The notes under the pieces were generated by a model, which did not search any database, was not told the origin of the DNA, and saw nothing but the letters and a program-made list of their open reading frames with translations. The translations under genes were made by a program, and so were the position numbers. From assembly GCA_964016885.1 (NCBI GenBank), contig OZ024742.1, forward strand, positions 132,742,001 to 132,806,000: DNA of 64,000 bases, read 5' to 3'. Positions 54,666 to 64,000 of the stretch are shown one piece after another. Each line of letters opens with the position of its first letter. Position 1 is the stretch's first letter. This DNA is from Eledone cirrhosa (taxonomy: Eukaryota).

Positions 54666-55696
54666 TATATATATATAGATATGTATATATTTATAGTAAG
54701 GTTGCTAGGATACGTCCATAGGCGGTATGCCGGTTGAGCACTCTATGCTCCTTCGGAGAAGCGAAGAATCAGTGACACATCGGAACACAATCGGAGAATC
54801 AATAGTTATACGTAGATATGTGTATATATATATACGCACACGCACGCGCGCACACACACACGCACACACACACGCACACATATCTCCCCCCACACACACA
54901 CCCATATATATATATATGTGAGTGTGTATGTATATATAAATATATATTGAAAAACACTGACTAGTGAGAAACAACGTTGTCATTTGCTTTCTCTGTTTTT
55001 TGATGAAACTAATGATGTGTGAAGGAGATCATAAACTTAAACACATCCAGGAAGGCTGTTAAATGTTTTTCATAAATGTCCTATATAACACAGGTACATT
55101 TATGTGTATAATGCTATGCTGGAGCACTGATACTAATATTTAAAATTTCAGCCTGGCAGACTACTGCACCATATGCATATGAGCTTTATCCGCTCATATA
55201 CATTGGCGAGAAATCTATAAGTTTTTTACTTATCTTTTGAAGGGATGTGAATGTTCTTTAGAGAGTAATCTATTTTCCGGACGTCTATTATGGGAGATTG
55301 TAGTATGGGGGAACATGGATAAGAGAATGCTCGACTGGGTGAGAGCATACCCAATTTTTCTCGCGACTAAAAAATCGGCAGTACACGTTCCAGAAGACAA
55401 ATATTGTAGTAAGAAGTTGTTAAATGTATCGAAGGTATGAAGATGCAGCAACTCACGTTCGTAGGGCGTGTTTGAATATAGTTATTAAGCTTAGTTACTA
55501 CAACGGTGCCATAAAAGGTACGTAAGTTTTGTTAACCAGCCAGCTTGTCCATCATGAAATCGGCACAGTTTGAACCAGGTGGTCATCAGGGCTAACGAAA
55601 CGTACGTACCAGGTGTGTTACCGTTGTAGTTACTGGCCTTAATAATTATATTCCAACTCGCCCTATGGATTAGCGTTGCTCCATACCTACCTACCT

Positions 55697-55742
<46 letters not shown>

Positions 55743-56227
55743 TATATCTATATCTATATATGTATATATACAGATGTTTGTGTGTGTATATATGTCTGTG
55801 TTTGAAACCCTCTCTCTCTGTGTCTCCCCCCCCTCAAGTCTCTCTCTGTCACCCTCTCCTCCCTCTCTCTCTACATATCTTCAGAGAGTAAAAAAACGAG
55901 GAAAGGAATTCAGGTCTCAGGGGAGGTAATTTTACTTCATCAATCCTCGCCAAATTCAAGCAATTCTGATCAAAAGAGATCAATATTCTGCCTGGCTCTT
56001 CAGAAGAGGTATATATGAAACTACAAACAAAAAATAACATTCAGGATAATATTACAAATCCTAAACATATAAGACCAACACGTGTTACAGTACAATAACA
56101 GCACGAATATATATTCCCACCTAGAAAAAAAAAAAACATGAAAACAATATGTACTTACGCACCCCCTCCTCAATCGCATATATATTTATACGCACACACA
56201 TATACACACCCCTTGCACGTACACACG

Positions 56228-56272
<45 letters not shown>

Positions 56273-56286
56273 GCACACACACACAC

Positions 56287-56341
<55 letters not shown>

Positions 56342-56759
56342 GGATATACATAAAAACATATATATATATATATATATATATATACAAGAAACAAAAGATA
56401 GAAATGAAAAGGCTGGCGGCATTTCAGATCTATAATATCCTCTGATCTTTCAATACTTTGACACATTTTAGTGGAAAATGAGATCGGTTTGATAGGAGAG
56501 AGAGAGAGCGATACGCTTACTCACACATATTGATTTTTATATATGTGTCTATAGGTATTTCAGTACAAAATAGTAACATACGCCAACCGTGACACTCTGA
56601 TTCAGCTACTTTCTTTCTTTTTTTTTTCGGAGATATGTGCATATTATTTTATTTTCATGTGCAACACGTTGTAAGTTGTTCCAATCTTCGTTCGAATGTC
56701 ACTAGTTTTCTTGCAATATACAAAAACATTGCATCCGTATTCTGGCTTAAAATTTTGTC

Positions 56760-56983
56760 TTAATCCTTTAGCATTTAAACCGCCATGTCCGGCCAGAATT
56801 CTTTCACCTCTTTCTGTTCAAATTAGCCATAACCGGCCGTTATGCCGCCGTTTAGGTATTGTTCGTAAAATAAATATCAAATTCTCATAGATTCGATATT
56901 ATGTGAGATAACTATGTGAGGTAAAGCCTAGACAGCGAAAATAGAATAGTAAACATAAATTAATGCAAAGGGTAATGGGTTAA
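56760..56983. mobile_element. piggyBac-type MITE (TTAA flanks), degenerate
   Basis: TTAA TCCTTTAGCATT ... AATGCAAAGGG(TAATGGG)TTAA. Confidence 0.5.
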
Positions 56984-57363
56984 GGCCGGAATTTCTAAAA
57001 TATATACTCCATGATATAAAACCAGCAGTTTTTTTGCAATATGCGAAAACATTGAGTATATATTTTGAGTTAAAATCTTGTTTTCAGACCGTAATTTCCA
57101 AGATATAACTTCGTTGATTTCAAAATTATACGGAAGAAATAACGGTCATTTTTGAGTCGGGTTATGGCAATGGAAAATTCTATTATGTAAATATAGAAGA
57201 AATAGTGCAAGAGATGTTCGAAAATATCTGCAAAAGATATATATAGAGAAAGAGAGAGGTAGAACACTGGAAGGTAATATCCGTAGGTAATATCCATGGG
57301 ACGAATTAGGTAGAAGTGGTAACACAACGGTTAGTTCACCGGTGGACTAACTGTTGTGTTACC

Positions 57364-57480
<117 letters not shown>

Positions 57481-58255
57481 ATATATATATATACTCACAC
57501 CTTTACTTAGACACTCACTCACGCTTCCTCCCTCTTTCTTCACGGCTAGACAGTGAAGCACTCATATATAGATATACACACGTATATTTGTATATATAAA
57601 TACACACACATATACATACATACAACATACATACATATATTTATGTTTTTGTGTGTGTTTGATTGAGTATGTGGTGGGGTTGCATGCGTGTGTGGATTTA
57701 CGTATCATATAAAAACTATCTGCATAGTCACGCTATCTTGTCACTACTTAAAAGAGACATTAACGTATACGAAACTTAAATATGCTACACTTGCCCCACT
57801 AGTGGCATTGAGCCCGAAATTACACGGTTGTGAATTTCTAAATCATAAAGCCATCAAGCCATGCGAAATATATGTTATTTCTCAAAACGGACAGCTGTTG
57901 CTATAATCGTCTCTACTACCAATTCAATGCTGAGTGATCCGAACTATTGTCGAAGTTGTTTCATTCACGTCCATCAAATATTTTTTTTTTTTGTAATAAT
58001 TGTTTTTCTCTTCGACAATGAATGACACTTTGGTTCATTATTTCTAATCAGTTAATTTGGGTCTTCAGGTATTTGTAATCGTATATCTTCTAAGTCAAGT
58101 GAATTTGAAGAATGCAGAGAAGTTAGGAACCATAATTTCTGTTCTCGGAATAAATATTACCATAGTATACTCGCAAGTAAAGAAATCAAAATTAATACTT
58201 AAAATGGGAAATTTAATTTGAACATATTTTATCTTCTTGTAATGAATTTCAGTAA

Positions 58256-58447
58256 ATAATTGTTTCTACATTTGGCACAAGGCCAACTATTATCCAGTAG
58301 ATTACTGGTACTTTATTTTATCGATCCCGTAAGGATGAAAGGCAAAGTTAACCTCGGCGGGATTTGAACTCAGAATGGCAAGGGTCGTAACTCTATGCGT
58401 CAAAGCATGGCCTCCGACCCTCTACCGATACTGCCAATTCACCGCCC
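58256..58447 (-). mobile_element. SINE S1 with 14 bp TSD
   Basis: TTTCAGTAAATAAT at 58247-58260 and 58449-58462. Confidence 0.88.
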
Positions 58448-59489
58448 TTTTCAGTAAATAATGTTTTCCACTTTCGCTTATGCAGACAACATTGCTGAAA
58501 AAAGGAAAATGTTTTCTACATAGAGGTGATCCCGAAATATCCGTAAATCTAATGTGTGATATGATATAATTGTAGAATATAAAATAGCCTATTCAACTTT
58601 AGAGAAATAAAAATTTAATAACATTTTAGGATATTTAGGACACCTCGATGGATGTGAATAATACATAATATCAGGGTTGTCGCATGAAAGATTGGGTAGA
58701 TATAAAGTTGGATTCGTAACTGTGAAATACCAGATTCTGTTCTGCATCCCGGAGCTAGATGACAGTATTTTGTATCATTGCCAAAACGTCCGGATTAAAA
58801 AGGGAAACGCGAGAAAATGTCTAGAAACCTCTCAGATAATTGTACATCTAATTCAAAGTATTAATTTCGACCCCGAAAGTGACACGAATATGTATATAGA
58901 TTAAGTGAAAATATAGTCTCCTACATGTATAGTATTTATATTTATTTCATAGAATACACATCGGCAAAGACCAATACATAACGCATATAATTCTATAGAA
59001 AAGATGACATTATGTATAAGTATGTCCGTGTTAGTGGAGGTAACAGAGTTTGTTTAATTAGGTATGGAAATTGGTAACTTTTTAGTTAGATAAAAATTGA
59101 GTGCTGAAATTGCAAGGGACCTCCTGTGGTGATAGAAATATAATACCTAGTGTGCTGCTTTAGAATCATTCTAGCAAACATGTGACAAACGCAATATGCT
59201 ATTATTATTGGTCTTACAATCTTACCTCCACCCTCCTTCCCCACCATATATTCTACCTCATTCAAAATCCTATACACATTTCTGCACAGCCACCACATTC
59301 CCGGCTCATCCTCCCACTACTACTACTACTAATACTACTACTACTACTACTAATATTATTACTACTACTGTTGCTGCTGCTGCTGATTTGGCTACTGCTG
59401 TGGCTGGTTCTGCTGCTATTGATGCCGCATTGAAAATGTGTATAATAATGATGATTGCTGTAATATATGCTTCAAGATGAAGTTTCGGA

Positions 59490-60565
<1,076 letters not shown>

Positions 60566-60788
60566 ATTCTGCGCTGATGAATTTTGAAGATACTCTTTGC
60601 AATTTTGCTAACTGTTGAATAATGCAAATGAATTACAGAGAGAAATGTCAACATAAAATATACAAAACAATGCATATCACATTAACACACCAGACAAAGA
60701 AATAGACAGCAAAATCATGAAAATAAAAATAAAAATAATCCCCATCTCCCCCACATATATGACTATATATGCATATATGAATATATAT

Positions 60789-60857
<69 letters not shown>

Positions 60858-60894
60858 TGTGTGTGTGTATGTGTGAGTGGTGTATGTGTCTCTA

Positions 60895-61036
60895 TGTGTG
60901 TATGTGCGTATGTGTTTCTGTGTACATGGTGTTTGATAAATGTGTATGTGATCATATATATCTTGGCTTATTATTGAAGTTTACATATACATGTGTATGA
61001 ATATTTAAACATATGTGCCTTATATATGTATATATA

Positions 61037-61098
<62 letters not shown>

Positions 61099-61233
61099 TA
61101 TATATACATATATAAGGCACATATGTTTAAATATTCATACACATGTATATGTACACTTCAATAATAAGCCAAGATATATATGATCACATACACATTTATC
61201 AAACACCATGTACACAGAAACACATACGCACAT

Positions 61234-61243
<10 letters not shown>
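60895..61243. repeat. Inverted duplication around a (TA)n tract
   Basis: 60895-61040 is the rc of ~61095-61243, with about 1 mismatch in unique sequence. Confidence 0.9.
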
Positions 61244-61295
<52 letters not shown>

Positions 61296-61460
61296 AAAAG
61301 AATGAAACGAAATTTCATTTCTCACTCTTAGTACGGCTGTTACCTTAAATATAAGTATGTATACGGACAAACACACCGAGAATTATAATAAATGTTCGAT
61401 GAATCCATACGTACATATATATATATATATATGTGTGCATGTATATATATATATAGATAG

Positions 61461-61556
<96 letters not shown>

Positions 61557-61729
61557 AGAGGAGAGAGGGAGAGCGAAAGACGTATTACATTATTTCGTAA
61601 AATCTAAGAAACCATCAACATTGAAACAAGCATTAGAAATGATGAATGATAAAACCAAACAAAATATAAAAAAATAAAAAACGATAATAGCACACTGTAT
61701 CTGTAACATCTCCGATATTATAAAGTATA

Positions 61730-61990
61730 TAACTATAACAGATGAAAGTCAAAGTTATTTTCATTGGAATTTGAACTCAGAACTTAAAGAGCCATAGCAA
61801 ATATCGCAACGTATTTGTCCAAACCTGTAACAACTCCACTAATCAACAACGGTTCAATAATAGTTCCTGATTTAGGTACAAGATCAACAAATTTGGAGGA
61901 GGGGTAAGTGTGTTACTGGTACTTTATTTTATCGACTATTCTTAAGGATGACTGGCAAAGTTAGCTTCATTGGGATTTGAACTCAGAAAG
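61730..61990 (-). mobile_element. Two diverged SINE S1-like fragments
   Basis: GATGAAAGTCAAAGTT..ATTTGAACTCAG and CTGGTACTTTATTTTATCGAC..GGGATTTGAACTCAG. Confidence 0.65.
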
Positions 61991-62227
61991 CAACTATACT
62001 AACGTAACTATATGCAACAAAGAAATATTAGAATTGACATATTTTTAATCCAGTATGTACCTATGAGACATAATTTGCTCATGCATTTCTGATACAATAC
62101 TGATACAATATACTCAAAGCACATCTTTCATTATAACAACTATTTAAAAAACATGTTAATACATATTTCTTATTCAAAGATCAAATTTACATGATTATGT
62201 GTATTATATATATATATATATATATAT

Positions 62228-62473
62228 CACCTTGACCGACCAGTAAATCGGGCGCCAATCGGCACTGCTGGTCACAGCACGTCGTGCTGTTTTAGCCATA
62301 AGACAACGCCATCCCACTGCCTGGGCGGGCAGACTGGTACTCATTTCTACAGCTGAGTAAACTGGAGCAACGTGAAATAAAGTGTCTTGCTCAATGAAAC
62401 AACACATCACCCGGTCCGAGAATTGAACTCACAACCTTTCGATTTCAAGCCCAATGCTCTAACCACTAAGCAC
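62228..62473 (-). mobile_element. tRNA-derived SINE, second family (S2)
   Basis: rc: GTGCTTAGTGGTTAGAGC (A box)..GAGTTCAATTCT (B box)..TTGAGCAAGACACTTTATTTCACGTTGCTCCAGT..CAGCTGTAGAAATGAGTACC. Confidence 0.8.
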
Positions 62474-62579
62474 TCTGTGTGTGTGTGAGTGTGTGTGTGT
62501 ACATGTGTGTTTGTGGTGGGTATGTGTGTGTGGGTATGTGAGTGTGTGTGAGTCTCTGTATTTGTTGTACTAATATCTT

Positions 62580-64000
62580 CATATAAATAAAGAAGGATTT
62601 AGAATACTCAGTCCGTGGGACGCGTTATGTATAATCAGTTACATGAGTGGTATATGCAGATAGTTATGTTTCGTTGGGTTATTACCCCAATTCATTCTGT
62701 TAACCATGTTATGATGGAATACTTCCAAGGAGCTTCTTGATATTATAAGAGATCTCTAAGGGCAAGAATTCTAGAAAATTACAATTTAGAGAAGGAACAA
62801 GAGTTCATTTAACAATTTGAACATTCTAGTCTGGCTAAAACCATCCCTTTACAAAGAATTTCGATTCATGGAGGAACCGACTGAAAAATTACAGTCGTTT
62901 ATGTAGGCAGTGTTTTTTGGTAGTCAGTTATCACACTATATTACATACATCTGAGCTGCATAACTGACGAGATGTTTAGGGATTAGATTTGTCTATAAAA
63001 TGCATGGCCATTTTCTTTGAGGTTCCACATGTAATTTGCAAGCTGATTGCTATGTGTTTTTGTTAGAATGTATGGATCTAGTTTCGTTGTTAACGAAAAA
63101 AGCTTTTGAATCTGACATGCCTACATAAGTCCAGGCTACTGGTCGAGGTAAGATACCCTCCATAAAATCCCACTGGAGTGTTGCACTGTTGGTCGAGGGG
63201 GGCATGCTTCTGGACTTCGCCATGAACATCTGGACGGTAGAAAGTTCTTGCGTCTATTCCTTATCTGTTTTGTGGTTTAGTTCTGGCTTTTGGGATCGTA
63301 TGTTTCCCAATGTTTCTTTTTCTTCTGTTGAGAGCAATAATTCTTCTCCTCTGGTTCTTGTCACCTCCTGGAGAGTATTTCTTTTTTTCTAGGACAATGC
63401 AGGCCAATATCCACCTAAATAGGATGGGAAGAGCATTTGCTTCTTGCTCCGACTGGGTGGCAGGGAGTGTTTAGCGACCAAACCTTCAGTTTAAAAGAGC
63501 ATTCAGGTTATCACATATTGCCTGGTTCACGCAATAAGCTCAATATCGGGCATTAGATTATTCAGCTCCCTTTCATAGTCTCTCTGATATGAAGGCTCCT
63601 GTTGTTTCATGTTTGAGGTCACGCATTTGTAGATAACAGTTTTTTTTCCATGGGCATGTCTACGTCAACCGATGATTATTCTACTAGGCAGATTGAGTGA
63701 AATATTTCTCCTTTTCTATAATGTTAATAAGGAACAGTTCAGTTGATTTGGCAGTCGTTGCTTCAGATGTATTGTTGTTGTTTATTATAATTAGTTGTTC
63801 ATGTGAATGTTTTGTTAAAGTATTTAAAGGCGGGAAATTCGTCCACTAATTTTCTCATGCAGTCTTTGAACTTTGGCTGTTCAATATAGTAGACGATCCA
63901 CTGTGTTTTGTTGGTACTGTTACTGGTGTTGTTATTGCTGCTCTTAGTGGTGGCTGTAGTTGTGGTGGGGAAAGTGGTAAGGTTGGCGGACTGTCGTATG
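62580..64000 (-). mobile_element. Highly degenerate PLE (Hydra-like), runs off window
   Basis: rc fragments NRRKRNIG, EACPLDQQCNTPVGFY, WTYVGMS, NQLANYMWNLKENG and RQLCSS parallel the 21.7-22.7 kb ORF. HHR remnant at 62657-62699 (CAGA..ATGA-ATTGGG..CCCAAC-GAAA..TA/TCTG). Confidence 0.65.

Overview
This is AT-rich, microsatellite-dense animal DNA, probably cephalopod/octopus-like (inferred from the SINE and repeat types). No host protein-coding gene can be supported, and nearly all listed ORFs are microsatellite artefacts or decayed transposon ORFs. The window is dominated by Penelope-like retroelements (PLEs): a near-full-length Neptune-like copy with direct pseudo-LTRs (8656-13052, +), a Hydra-clade-like copy flanked by ~600 bp inverted pseudo-LTRs (21007-25276, -), three more 5'-truncated PLE remnants, and solo pLTRs. 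The most striking pattern is a recurring non-coding module next to (TA)n tracts: a long fold-back whose arms each carry a minimal type-I hammerhead ribozyme (HHR) motif, plus a short unique tail on one arm. At least five sequence-distinct HHR families occur. Several look intact, including a U3-A8 covariant core and palindromic (dimer-type) stem III sequences. A ~485 bp tandem repeat with one HHR per unit resembles a retrozyme. Also present are about 17 copies of a tRNA-derived SINE, RTE LINE fragments, a Helitron helicase fragment with a 3' end, and hAT/piggyBac/mariner-type MITEs, some nested. All ribozyme and clade calls were made by eye and are untested; coordinates of degenerate elements are approximate.
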